From an uncultured Flavobacterium sp. (GTDB taxonomy: Bacteria; Bacteroidota; Bacteroidia; Flavobacteriales; Flavobacteriaceae): a stretch of DNA of 64,000 nt. This document shows positions 9,463-19,540 of this stretch, piece by piece (positions within the stretch are counted from its first letter, which is position 1; every line of letters begins with the position of its first letter). The stretch lies in contig CAZTLN010000002.1 in NCBI GenBank assembly GCA_964614445.1, positions 115,165 through 179,164 of the forward strand, written 5' to 3'. The notes under the pieces are model-generated. The model did not search any database. It was given only the letters and a program-made list of their open reading frames with translations, and was not told the DNA's origin. The position numbers and the translations under genes were made by a program.

Positions 9463-12306
9463 ATGTCAGATAAAAAACGACTTTTCCTTCTCGATGCTTA
9501 TGCTTTGATATTTAGAGGCTATTATGCGTTTATTAAAAATCCGCGAATTAATTCCAAAGGAATGGATACATCAGCAATTATGGGATTCATGAATTCTTTG
9601 ATGGATGTAATAAAGAGGGAAAAACCGGATCATCTGGCTGTGGCATTCGACAACGGAGGTAGCAATCTGAGAAATGAAATTTTCCCGGAATACAAAGCAA
9701 ACCGTGACGCGACTCCCGAAGCAATAAAAATTGCCGTTCCATACATACAGAAAATATTACGAGCCATGCACATTCCCATTATCGAAGAAAGAGGATATGA
9801 GGCAGACGATCTAATTGGAACAATCGCCAAGCAGGCCGAAAAGGAAAATTATCAGGTATTCATGGTAACACCTGATAAAGATTTTGCCCAATTGGTTTCG
9901 GAAAACATTTATATGTACAAACCAGCCCGTATGGGTAACGGAATTGAAATATGGGGAATACCAGAGGTTTTGAAAAAATTTGAAGTAGAGAGACCTGAAC
10001 AGGTAATCGACTTTTTGGGAATGATGGGTGACACCGCAGACAATATTCCGGGATTACCAGGCGTTGGTGAAGTTACCGCAAAAAAATTATTGAAAGAATT
10101 TGGCAGCATGGAAAACTTATTAGCCAACACTGATAAGTTGAAAGGAAAAATGAAAGATAACATTGAAGCCAATAAGGAAAAAGGATTAATGTCCAAAACT
10201 CTGGCAACAATTCTTTTGGACTGCCCCGTCGTTTTTGACGAAAAAGACTATGAGTTATCCACTCCGGATGTAGAACAAACTGATGCTATTTTCAATGAGT
10301 TAGAGTTCCGCAGAATGGCAGAACAATTTGATAGTATTTTCAAAAAAGAAGCCACAAAAACCTCCTCCTTGCCGGCTGTTGATGAAGCAAAACTATATAA
10401 AAAGCCACAACCCAAATCTGAAGAGCAATTTGACCTTTTCGCAAGTGCTATTCCAAATGAAATATCTGAAAACCCTCATAACAGATACTACAACACCTTG
10501 GAAAACACCGAACATTCATATCAAATTATCCAGGGAGACTTAGGAATAAAACTTTTATTGCAAAATCTGCTAAAACAAGATTCCGTTTGTTTTGACACTG
10601 AAACCACCGGTATAGACGCCTTACACGCCGAATTGGTTGGCATGTCATTCTCTTACGAAAAAGGAAAAGGTTTTTATGTTCCTTTTCCTGAAAACCAGGA
10701 GGAAACGAAACTTCTGGCCGAAAAATTCGTTCCTTTTTTCGAAAATGAAGCTATTGAAAAAGTTGGTCAGAATTTAAAGTACGATCTAAAAATTCTTTCC
10801 AATTACAACCTAATTGTAAAGGGAAAATTATTTGATACCATGATTGCGCATTATCTGATTAACCCAGACATGCGACATAACATGGATATTCTGGCAGAAA
10901 CCTATTTAAAATATTCCCCAAAACCAATAGAAGACTTAATTGGAAAAAAAGGAAAAAACCAAAGATCGATGCGTGATGTGGCACTGGAAGACATTAAGGA
11001 ATATGCTGCCGAAGATGCCGATGTAACGCTACAGTTAAAAGAACTTTTTTCTGCTGAGCTAGATAAAACCGGTACCAAAAAACTTTTCGATGATATTGAA
11101 ATCCCCTTGGTAAATGTTTTGGCCGCCATGGAAAAGGAAGGAATCAATTTGGACGTTCCTTTTTTGAACAAAATGTCCATTGAAATAGCTGCCGAAAGCA
11201 AAGCCCTTGAACAAAAAATATATGAAACTGCCGGAGAAAAATTCAATCTGGCATCTCCCAAACAATTGGGAGATATTTTATTTGAAAAATTAAAGATAGG
11301 AGGCCCCAAACAAAAGAAAACCAAAACAGGTCAATATGCCACCGGGGAGGAAGTTTTGAGCTCTCTCGCTAATGAACATGAAATTGTTCGCGACATTTTA
11401 GAATGGAGACAAATGGTGAAATTACAAAGCACCTACATTGATGCCTTACCTAATCAGGTGGATCCAAAAACAGGCCGGGTGCATACCGACTATATGCAAA
11501 CAGTTGCTGCTACAGGCCGATTAAGTTCAAACAATCCGAATTTACAAAATATCCCTATTCGAACTGAAAGAGGACGACAAATCAGAAAAGCTTTTATTGC
11601 CAGAGATGAAAATCACACTTTGGTTTCTGCCGATTACTCTCAGATAGAGTTGCGAATTATAGCTGCTTTAAGTGGAGAAGAAAATATGATAAAGGCATTT
11701 CAGAATCACGAAGACATTCACAAATCCACAGCTTCCAAAGTTTTCAACGTCCCTTTGGAAGATGTTACCCGTGAGCAGAGAAGTCATGCCAAAACAGTTA
11801 ACTTCGGAATTATTTATGGTGTATCAGCTTTTGGATTAAGCAACCAAACCACACTTTCACGATCTGAAAGTGCCGCTTTGATTGACACCTACTACAAAAC
11901 CTATCCGAAATTAAAGTCATTCATCCATGAACAGATTGAATTTGCCAGAGAAAACGGATATGTACAAACCGTGTTGGGCCGTCGCCGATATCTTAAAGAT
12001 ATCAATTCCCATAATGCGGTTGTTAGAGGCGCTGCTGAACGAAACGCAGTAAATGCACCTATCCAAGGTTCAGCCGCTGATATCATAAAAATCGCGATGA
12101 TCAATATTCATAAAAAGCTAACCGCTGAGAACTGGAAAAGCAAAATGTTGCTTCAGGTACATGATGAGTTAGTTTTTGATGTGCATAATTCAGAACTTGA
12201 TAAAATCAAACCCCTTATCAAGAACGAAATGGAAAATGCCTTCAAATTAGAGGTTCCTTTGGTTGTAGATTTGGGAACAGGAAAAGATTGGTTGGAAGCC
12301 CATTAA
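9463..12306 (+). CDS. polA: DNA polymerase I
   Basis: 5'-3' exonuclease (LLDAYALIFR, GDTADNIPG), 3'-5' exonuclease (FDTET) and polymerase motifs (DYSQIELR, AKTVNFGIIYG, QVHDE). TACTTTTG promoter at 9433-9440. Confidence 0.99.
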   Translation: MSDKKRLFLLDAYALIFRGYYAFIKNPRINSKGMDTSAIMGFMNSLMDVIKREKPDHLAVAFDNGGSNLRNEIFPEYKANRDATPEAIKIAVPYIQKILRAMHIPIIEERGYEADDLIGTIAKQAEKENYQVFMVTPDKDFAQLVSENIYMYKPARMGNGIEIWGIPEVLKKFEVERPEQVIDFLGMMGDTADNIPGLPGVGEVTAKKLLKEFGSMENLLANTDKLKGKMKDNIEANKEKGLMSKTLATILLDCPVVFDEKDYELSTPDVEQTDAIFNELEFRRMAEQFDSIFKKEATKTSSLPAVDEAKLYKKPQPKSEEQFDLFASAIPNEISENPHNRYYNTLENTEHSYQIIQGDLGIKLLLQNLLKQDSVCFDTETTGIDALHAELVGMSFSYEKGKGFYVPFPENQEETKLLAEKFVPFFENEAIEKVGQNLKYDLKILSNYNLIVKGKLFDTMIAHYLINPDMRHNMDILAETYLKYSPKPIEDLIGKKGKNQRSMRDVALEDIKEYAAEDADVTLQLKELFSAELDKTGTKKLFDDIEIPLVNVLAAMEKEGINLDVPFLNKMSIEIAAESKALEQKIYETAGEKFNLASPKQLGDILFEKLKIGGPKQKKTKTGQYATGEEVLSSLANEHEIVRDILEWRQMVKLQSTYIDALPNQVDPKTGRVHTDYMQTVAATGRLSSNNPNLQNIPIRTERGRQIRKAFIARDENHTLVSADYSQIELRIIAALSGEENMIKAFQNHEDIHKSTASKVFNVPLEDVTREQRSHAKTVNFGIIYGVSAFGLSNQTTLSRSESAALIDTYYKTYPKLKSFIHEQIEFARENGYVQTVLGRRRYLKDINSHNAVVRGAAERNAVNAPIQGSAADIIKIAMINIHKKLTAENWKSKMLLQVHDELVFDVHNSELDKIKPLIKNEMENAFKLEVPLVVDLGTGKDWLEAH

Positions 12307-12337
12307 TTTTAGAAAGAAACATACGATCAAAAAGTAA

Positions 12338-12369
12338 AAAAAAACATTCCAAAAGGAATGTTTTTTTTT
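12338..12369. terminator. Bidirectional terminator polA/lacI
   Basis: AAAAAAACATTCC-AAAA-GGAATGTTTTTTT. Confidence 0.85.
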
Positions 12370-13405
12370 ACTTTTTTCTTCTTTTTCTTGAAGACTCTCT
12401 TTCTTTCAAATTGGTTTTAATTACAACAGTCTGGTAAGGTCCTTCGGTATCATCTGCAGCCTCAAGCCGGTCTATTAACAATTTGGCAGCAGTCTCCCCA
12501 ATTTCGACACCATGTTGACTAACTGTCGACAAACTCGGTGTTAATCTCCTCGAAGCTAAAATTCCATCTGCGAAACCTATAATGGAAAGTTCATCAGGAA
12601 TTTTATACCCCCTTTTAATAGCTGCTTTCAATGCTGCTACAGAATCGCTTTCGTCCAAAGCAAAAACACCATCTATCTTATTATTGTCAAAAATAGAATC
12701 GATGCGCTTTTTCATCTCTTCTTCAGAATCTGTTCTTAAAATAATTTCTTCATTTACAGGCATATTATTATTCTTTAGCGCCTGCAAATACCCCTCAGCC
12801 CTTAATTTCCCAACACTCAAATTATCTACCGAAGAAATCAAAGCAATATTTTTGCAACCTGCATCAATCATGCGCTGAGTAACTTTTAAAGCTGAGTTGT
12901 AATCATCTACAATAACCTTGTCACACTCCACTTCCTCTGCAATTCTATCAAACATAACTATTGGAGTTCCCTCATTAATTATATCCGTTAAATGATGGTA
13001 ATCCTGCAACTTTTGAGTTTCTCTGGACACAGACAAAATAAAGCCATCTGTAGTTCCGTTACTCAACATTTCTAAGGTATTTATTTCCTTAACAATAGAC
13101 TCATTAGAAATACAGGTAATCACATTGTATCCATTTTGATCTGCAACCTTTTCTATTCCACTGAATACCTTAGCGAAAAAAGAATTCAAAATATTGGGAA
13201 TTATCACCCCAATGGTTTTTGTCTTCCTATTCTTTAAATTCAATCCAATGATATTCGGTCTGTAATTTTTAAGCTTGGCATACTCTTTTATCTTTACCTT
13301 GGTTTGCTCACTAATCTCCGGACTATCATTAAGCGCCTTAGATACGGTGGAAACCGAAACATTTAATTCCTTTGCTATTTGTTTGAGTGTAGCTTTAACT
13401 TTCAT
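12368..13405 (-). CDS. LacI-family transcriptional regulator
   Basis: HTH TLKQIAKELNVSVSTVSKALN followed by a periplasmic-binding-protein-like domain. Start revised to ATG 13405; the upstream 37 codons look like non-coding read-through. Confidence 0.93.
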   Translation of the reverse strand: MKVKATLKQIAKELNVSVSTVSKALNDSPEISEQTKVKIKEYAKLKNYRPNIIGLNLKNRKTKTIGVIIPNILNSFFAKVFSGIEKVADQNGYNVITCISNESIVKEINTLEMLSNGTTDGFILSVSRETQKLQDYHHLTDIINEGTPIVMFDRIAEEVECDKVIVDDYNSALKVTQRMIDAGCKNIALISSVDNLSVGKLRAEGYLQALKNNNMPVNEEIILRTDSEEEMKKRIDSIFDNNKIDGVFALDESDSVAALKAAIKRGYKIPDELSIIGFADGILASRRLTPSLSTVSQHGVEIGETAAKLLIDRLEAADDTEGPYQTVVIKTNLKERESSRKRRKK

Positions 13406-13680
13406 ATTAATCTTTATCACATTTATTCTGAACAACTTACAAGTATAGAAGTCAACATTTTTCAGCTGAAAGTACTTTTCGCCACAAAAATAATCGTTTT
13501 TTTTAAATGAAGCCAACTACCTTAAAATTCCAAATTCAACAGCTCACCAATGGTTAATCAAAAAACCAAAACCCAAGCAAACTCTCCCCTTTAAATAGCT
13601 AAAGGCATTTGCTCGACGGCCGTTTAAATAGACAATTGATAATCAGCCAAGAAACACAAAAAAATTATTCTTTTAAGGTG

Positions 13681-13711
13681 TTTGCATTTAAAATAATTAA
13701 TTGTACTTTTG
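13681..13711 (+). promoter_or_regulatory. Promoter of rplM-rpsI-rpsB-tsf
   Basis: TTTG (13681-13684), 19-nt spacer, TACTTTTG (13704-13711). Confidence 0.8.
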
Positions 13712-13757
13712 CAACCCCTTTATTGGGGATGGAATGTTTAATTAAAAAATAATTATT

Positions 13758-14213
13758 GTGAACGCATTAAGCTACAAGACAATTTCGACTACAAAAGCCA
13801 ACTCTGCAAAGGAGTGGATTGTGGTAGATGCTGAGGGTCACAACCTAGGCCGTCTTGCCTCAAAAGTCGCTATGATCTTAAGAGGTAAGTACAAACCTAG
13901 TTACACCCCGCACGTAGACTGTGGAGATAACGTAATTGTTATCAATGCAGAAAAAATCAACCTTACAGGTAACAAAATGGACGAAAAAATTTACATGCGC
14001 CATACAGGTTATCCAGGAGGTCAAAGAACTTTGACTGCTAAAGTATTGCAAGCAAAAAACCCTGCAACTTTAGTTGAGAAAGCAGTAAAAGGAATGTTAC
14101 CTAAAAACAAATTAGGAGCTGAACTTTTTAGAAATTTAAATGTTGTTGTAGGTTCTGAGCACAAACAAGGTGCACAAAAACCGAGAACAGTTAACCTAAA
14201 CGATCTTAAATAA
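13758..14213 (+). CDS. rplM: 50S ribosomal protein uL13 (GTG start)
   Basis: WIVVDAEG..LGRLAS, GKYKPSYTPHVDCGD, VKGMLPKN. Confidence 0.98.
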   Translation: MNALSYKTISTTKANSAKEWIVVDAEGHNLGRLASKVAMILRGKYKPSYTPHVDCGDNVIVINAEKINLTGNKMDEKIYMRHTGYPGGQRTLTAKVLQAKNPATLVEKAVKGMLPKNKLGAELFRNLNVVVGSEHKQGAQKPRTVNLNDLK

Positions 14214-14599
14214 TGGGAGTTATTCACAAAATCGGTAGAAGAAAAACCGCTGTTGCTCGTGTTTATGTTTCAGAAGGAACAGGAGTAATCACTGTAAACA
14301 AAAAAGAATTAGCAACTTATTTTCCAACCGCTACTTTACAGTACAAAGTTTTGCAACCAATGTCTATGACAGAGAATGCATCTAACTTTGACGTTAAAGT
14401 AAATGTATACGGAGGTGGTGTAACTGGTCAGGCAGAGGCTGTAAGAATGGCAATTGCTCGTGCAATGTGCGAAGTAAGTGCTGAAAACAGAGGAATCCTT
14501 AAGCCAGAAGGTTTATTAACTAGAGACCCAAGAATGGTTGAGCGTAAAAAATTCGGTCAGAAGAAAGCTCGTAAGAAATTCCAATTCTCTAAACGTTAA
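14213..14599 (+). CDS. rpsI: 30S ribosomal protein uS9
   Basis: GRRKTAVARV, GGGVTGQAEA, RDPRMVERKK; TAATG overlap with rplM. Confidence 0.98.
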   Translation: MGVIHKIGRRKTAVARVYVSEGTGVITVNKKELATYFPTATLQYKVLQPMSMTENASNFDVKVNVYGGGVTGQAEAVRMAIARAMCEVSAENRGILKPEGLLTRDPRMVERKKFGQKKARKKFQFSKR

Positions 14600-14772
14600 T
14601 ATTGCCTGTCTTGTTCAAAAGGGCAAGACTTTATTGAATTTATTATTGAATTTAAAACAAAGTTTTTGTTGTCCCGTTGAGGCGGGAACTAAGTTTAGCA
14701 TCTAAATGTATTTAGCCGATTAATCGCCATTCATACATTGCTTACTCAACAGAACGTAAACTAGTACAAAAA

Positions 14773-15546
14773 ATGTCAAACAAAATAGAAGTAAAAGAAT
14801 TACTAGAAGCAGGTGTTCACTTCGGACACATGACTAGAAAATGGGATCCAAACATGGCTCCTTACATTTATATGGAGCGTAATGGTATCCACATTATCAA
14901 TCTATATAAAACTGCAGCTAAAATTGAAGAAGCTAATGAAGCTTTGAAAAAAATTGCTGCTTCAGGTAGAAAAATATTATTCGTTGCTACCAAAAAACAA
15001 GCAAAAGACATCGTTGCTGAAAAAGCAAAAGCTGCAAACATGCCTTACATCACTGAAAGATGGCCAGGTGGAATGTTAACTAACTTCGTAACTATCAGAA
15101 AGGCTGTTAAAAAAATGTCTTCTATCGATAGAATGAAGAAAGATGGCACATTCAATACTCTTTCTAAAAAAGAGCGTTTACAAGTTGATCGTCTTCGTGC
15201 TAAATTAGAGAAAAATTTAGGTTCAATCGCAGATATGTCTAGATTACCAGCTGCATTATTTGTAGTTGATATCAAAGCAGAGCACATCGCAATAAAAGAA
15301 GCTCAAAAATTAAACATTCCAGTTTTCGCAATGGTTGACACTAACTCTGATCCACGTGAAGTAGATTACGTTATCCCAGCCAATGATGATGCTTCTAAAT
15401 CAATCGATAAAATTTTATCTATAGTTTCTACTGCTGTTATCGAAGGACTTTCTGAAAGAGGTTCTGAGAAAGAAACTGAAGCAGTAGCTGAGGAAGAAGA
15501 AGCTCCGGTTGCAAACCAAGAAGAAACTTCGGCAACTGAAGAATAA
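14773..15546 (+). CDS. rpsB: 30S ribosomal protein uS2
   Basis: LLEAGVHFGH, RWPGGMLTN, DTNSDP, PANDD. Confidence 0.99.
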   Translation: MSNKIEVKELLEAGVHFGHMTRKWDPNMAPYIYMERNGIHIINLYKTAAKIEEANEALKKIAASGRKILFVATKKQAKDIVAEKAKAANMPYITERWPGGMLTNFVTIRKAVKKMSSIDRMKKDGTFNTLSKKERLQVDRLRAKLEKNLGSIADMSRLPAALFVVDIKAEHIAIKEAQKLNIPVFAMVDTNSDPREVDYVIPANDDASKSIDKILSIVSTAVIEGLSERGSEKETEAVAEEEEAPVANQEETSATEE

Positions 15547-15663
15547 TCAAAAAATTATTTAAAGATTGAAAAATTTAAAGATTAATTAAAGTATTGGTTT
15601 CAAATTAACACTACTCTTAATCTTCTAATTTTTCAGTCTTTTAATCTTTAAATCAAAAAAAAT

Positions 15664-16626
15664 ATGGCAACAATTACTGCTGCAGACGTAAATAAATTAA
15701 GACAAGCTACAGGTGCCGGAATGATGGACTGTAAAAAAGCTTTAGTTGAAGCGGAAGGAGATTTCGATAAAGCTATACAAGTCCTTAGAGAAAAAGGACA
15801 AAAAGTTGCTGCTAACCGTTCTGACCGTGAGTCTTCTGAAGGAGCTGCTGTTTCTTTCATCAATGCAGACAACACTAAAGGAGCTATCATTACTTTAAAC
15901 TGCGAAACTGACTTCGTAGGTAAAAATGAAGCTTTCGTAACTTTAGCTAAAGATCTAGTTGAAAAAGCTATTAACTTCTCTAATAAAGAAGAATTTTTAG
16001 CTTCTGATTTCAACGGAATTACTGTTGCTGAAAAATTAATCGAGCAAACAGGTGTTATCGGTGAGAAAATCGAAATCGGTGGTTTCGAAATTTTAGAAGG
16101 TGCTTACGTTGGATCTTATGTTCACGTTAACAAAATTGCTGCTTTAACTGCAATTTCTGCTCCAGTTGCTAACGCTGAAGCTTTAACAAAAGACGTATCT
16201 ATGCAAGTTGCTTCTATGGGAGCTGATACATTATCTTACAAAGATTTTGATCCTGCTTTTGTTGAATCTGAACTTGCTGCTCGTATTGCTATAATCGAAA
16301 AAGATAATGAAGAAGCTGCTCGTTTAGGAAAAACTTTAAAAAATGTTCCTAAATACATCTCTTTCTCTCAATTAACTCCTGAAGTTATCAAACAAGCTGA
16401 AGAAGATGCCAAAGCTGAATTAAAAGCTGAAGGAAAACCAGAACAAATCTGGGATAAAATTATCCCCGGAAAAATACAACGTTTCATCTCTGACAACACT
16501 ACTTTAGATCAAGAGAAAGCTCTTTTAGATCAAAACTTCATCAAAGATGACAGTAAAAAAGTAGGTGATTATGTTAAAGGATTCAATGTTGAAATCACAG
16601 GTTTCAAAAGAGTTACTTTAGGTTAA
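15664..16626 (+). CDS. tsf: Elongation factor Ts
   Basis: LRQATGAGMMDCKKAL, LNCETDFV; follows rpsB. Confidence 0.98.
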   Translation: MATITAADVNKLRQATGAGMMDCKKALVEAEGDFDKAIQVLREKGQKVAANRSDRESSEGAAVSFINADNTKGAIITLNCETDFVGKNEAFVTLAKDLVEKAINFSNKEEFLASDFNGITVAEKLIEQTGVIGEKIEIGGFEILEGAYVGSYVHVNKIAALTAISAPVANAEALTKDVSMQVASMGADTLSYKDFDPAFVESELAARIAIIEKDNEEAARLGKTLKNVPKYISFSQLTPEVIKQAEEDAKAELKAEGKPEQIWDKIIPGKIQRFISDNTTLDQEKALLDQNFIKDDSKKVGDYVKGFNVEITGFKRVTLG

Positions 16627-16647
16627 TCTTAAGCTATTATTACTATA

Positions 16648-16682
16648 AAAAAAGCGATTTGTTGATTCAAATCGCTTTTTTC
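16648..16682. terminator. Bidirectional terminator tsf/M3 peptidase
   Basis: AAAAAGCGATTTG-TTGATT-CAAATCGCTTTTT. Confidence 0.85.
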
Positions 16683-16693
16683 TTTTTTTCTAA

Positions 16694-18766
16694 TTATTCT
16701 GTCACCGGAAAATTCTTTGAACGCATTAATGCATCGACTTTAGCATCACGACCTCGAAATAATCTGTACCCTTCCGACTCATCAATAGTATTTCCGGCAC
16801 TGAAAACATATTTTAAAAGCCTTGCGGCAACTTCTTTATCAAAAGGCCCTTTTCCCTCTGTAAAGGCCTCAAAAGCGTCACTGCAAATCACATAAGACCA
16901 CAGGTAACTGTAATAACCTGCAGCATAATCATCCCCGGAAAAGATATGAGCAAATTGAGGCATACGGTGACGCATTACAATTTCCTCCGGCATATTCAAT
17001 TCCTCTAAAATAGCCTGTTCAAAGACCGCTGGATTAATTTCGTCATTAATCATATGCAATTCCATATCAACCAAAGCACAACTTACCATCTCAACTGTAC
17101 TGAATCCCTGATTAAACTTGGTCGCTTCTTTAATTTTATTCAACAGAATCTCCGGCATTGGTTTACCGGTCTTATAGCTCAAGGCAAAGTTTTTTAACAC
17201 TTCCTGCGTCAAAAGCCAATTCTCGAAAACCTGTGAGGGAAACTCCACGTAATCCCTTACAACATTTGTTCCCGACAATAAAGGGTAATTGACGTCCGAA
17301 CACAAACCATGTAAGGCATGACCAAATTCATGAAATAGAGTTGTAGCATCATCCCACGAAATCAAAACCGGCTCCCCTTCCTTTCCTTTTATGAAATTGG
17401 AATTATTAGAAACTATTGCCGGAATATCACCATCAAATTTTTCCTGCAAGCGCAGTGAATCCATCCAGGCTCCTGATCGCTTCCCTTTTCGAGCAAAAGG
17501 ATCAAAAAACCATAACCCCACATGCTTCCCGTTTTTGGTATTATTAACTACCCATACACTTACATCAGGATGAAAAACCTGAATATCTTTGACAGGTTTA
17601 AAATTTAAATCAAACAATTCGGAAGCAACCCAAAACATACCGTCCCTTAATTTATCTAATTGAAGGTACTCCCTAACCTCATTCTGGTCCAAATCAAATT
17701 TATCCTTTCTAACTTTTTCAGCATAATATCTATAATCCCAAGGAGCAATGGAAAATTGACCTCCCTCAGCTTCAACAATCTTTTGCATATCCTCCACTTC
17801 GATTTTAACCCGAGCAACTGCCGGTTTCCATACCTCTTTCATAAGTTTCATGGCCTTTTCCGGCGACTTAGCCATAGTATCTGCTAATGTCCAATGAGCA
17901 TGCGAAGCATAACCCAATAATTTAGCCCTTTGGGAACGGAGTCCCAAAATTTGAACGATAATTGAATTATTATCTTGGGCATTTCCGTTATCACCACGTT
18001 TAATAAACATTGTCCATACTTTTGCTCTCAAGTTGCGGCTTGAAGCATAGGTTAAAAATGGCTCCACTGAAGACCTTGTGTTTTCAATACAACCCAAACT
18101 TTTTAGATTTCTTTCTTTTGCCTTTCTAATGGCCGCATCTTTTAGTTCTATAGGCAGACCATCAAAATCAGATTCTGACTCCAATTCAAGAAATTGATTA
18201 TTTTCTTCAGCCAACAAATTTTGACTGAATTTGGTAAAAAGACCAGCTAACTTCTGGTTGATTTCGGCCACTACAACCTTATCCTCATCATTTAATTCGG
18301 CGCCTTTACGAACAAAATCATCATAATAAATCTTTACAAGTCTTCGTTGTTCTGATGTAAGTTTTGATAAATTCTCGGAGTGATATACTGAAGAAATCCG
18401 TTTAAATAATTCGGTATTCTGAGTTATCTTATCTTCAAGTTCAGCTAATTTTGGTTCAAATTCGATTTCAACCGATTCAAATTCAGGGGTACTGATATTG
18501 GAACTGTAGATTCCATAAACTGCTTTAATCCTCGAAAGTCGCTTCCCTACCTTTTCCAACGCTTCAATTGTATTTTCAAAAGTAGCAGCTTCAGCATTGT
18601 AGACAATAGCATTTATTTCATCTAGCTTTTCCTGAATAGCAAACTGCAATGCCGGTTTAAAATGAGAAATTTTATAATTATCGAACGCAGGAGAACCTTG
18701 ATTTATACCAATCCATTCCTGCATTAAGGGATTATTCTGGGCAGACGACACACCTTTTATAGTCAT
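16694..18766 (-). CDS. M3A family metallopeptidase (peptidyl-dipeptidase Dcp-like)
   Basis: HEFGHALH zinc motif, RDYVEFPSQ, YAAGYYSYLW. Confidence 0.93.
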   Translation of the reverse strand: MTIKGVSSAQNNPLMQEWIGINQGSPAFDNYKISHFKPALQFAIQEKLDEINAIVYNAEAATFENTIEALEKVGKRLSRIKAVYGIYSSNISTPEFESVEIEFEPKLAELEDKITQNTELFKRISSVYHSENLSKLTSEQRRLVKIYYDDFVRKGAELNDEDKVVVAEINQKLAGLFTKFSQNLLAEENNQFLELESESDFDGLPIELKDAAIRKAKERNLKSLGCIENTRSSVEPFLTYASSRNLRAKVWTMFIKRGDNGNAQDNNSIIVQILGLRSQRAKLLGYASHAHWTLADTMAKSPEKAMKLMKEVWKPAVARVKIEVEDMQKIVEAEGGQFSIAPWDYRYYAEKVRKDKFDLDQNEVREYLQLDKLRDGMFWVASELFDLNFKPVKDIQVFHPDVSVWVVNNTKNGKHVGLWFFDPFARKGKRSGAWMDSLRLQEKFDGDIPAIVSNNSNFIKGKEGEPVLISWDDATTLFHEFGHALHGLCSDVNYPLLSGTNVVRDYVEFPSQVFENWLLTQEVLKNFALSYKTGKPMPEILLNKIKEATKFNQGFSTVEMVSCALVDMELHMINDEINPAVFEQAILEELNMPEEIVMRHRMPQFAHIFSGDDYAAGYYSYLWSYVICSDAFEAFTEGKGPFDKEVAARLLKYVFSAGNTIDESEGYRLFRGRDAKVDALMRSKNFPVTE

Positions 18767-18891
18767 AACTTATTTGCTTTAAATTAGCATTATCAAAGAT
18801 AAAAATTGAAAACCATTAATAAGCTGATTTGAAATTATAAATCAATAAACGAGATTTTCCATTAATTTATATCTTTAGTGAAAATTAAACT

Positions 18892-19539
18892 ATGTTTCAG
18901 AGCAGAAAAGATACCGTATATGTAATTCTTGCAGGCATATTTATTACCAATGCCGTGGTGGCCGAATTAATAGGCGGCAAATTAATATACATTGGACCAT
19001 ACCTTATGAGCATTGGAATACTTCCGTGGCCAATAGTTTTTGTAACCACTGACTTAATTAACGAATATTTCGGAAGAACCGGAGTAAAAAAACTCTCCAT
19101 AATTACCGCCTGCCTGATCGCTTACTGCTTTGTTTTACTCTATTTTGCTTTAAAAATTCCTGCTGCCGAGGGCGATAATTTAGTATCTGATGATCAGTTC
19201 AATGGAGTGTTCGGCCAAAGCATGTGGATTATCGTGGGCAGCATCACTGCTTTTTTGATTTCACAATTGATCGATGTAACGATTTTTCATTTTTTTAAAA
19301 ACCTGACCGGAACCCGAATGATCTGGCTGCGAAGTACAGGATCGACAGTTATATCGCAATTATTTGACAGCTTTATAGTTTTAGGAATCGCTTTTTGGAT
19401 GACTGGGAAAATCAGTACAGAGCAATACATTAGTTCTGCCCTTACGGGTTATTCTGTAAAACTCACCATAGCAGTTTTACTCACCCCTTTAATCTACCTC
19501 GGACATTCACTAATAGAAAAATATATTCATAATAAGTAA
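18892..19539 (+). CDS. Queuosine precursor transporter (YhhQ/Vut_1 family)
   Basis: TDLINEYFG, AFLISQLIDV and STVISQLFDS motifs; multi-pass membrane protein. Confidence 0.85.
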   Translation: MFQSRKDTVYVILAGIFITNAVVAELIGGKLIYIGPYLMSIGILPWPIVFVTTDLINEYFGRTGVKKLSIITACLIAYCFVLLYFALKIPAAEGDNLVSDDQFNGVFGQSMWIIVGSITAFLISQLIDVTIFHFFKNLTGTRMIWLRSTGSTVISQLFDSFIVLGIAFWMTGKISTEQYISSALTGYSVKLTIAVLLTPLIYLGHSLIEKYIHNK

Positions 19540-19540
19540 G

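Noticed and set aside
13406-13516. 37-aa N-terminal extension of the LacI regulator (similar extensions on greA, HU, gldD, GNAT, TerB, tadA, DUF3109)
   Set aside because: The extensions start inside or upstream of predicted promoters and lack family-like sequence, so starts were revised.
18767-18891. preQ1 riboswitch upstream of the queuosine precursor transporter
   Set aside because: No preQ1-I type stem/A-rich tail recognisable in the short spacer.
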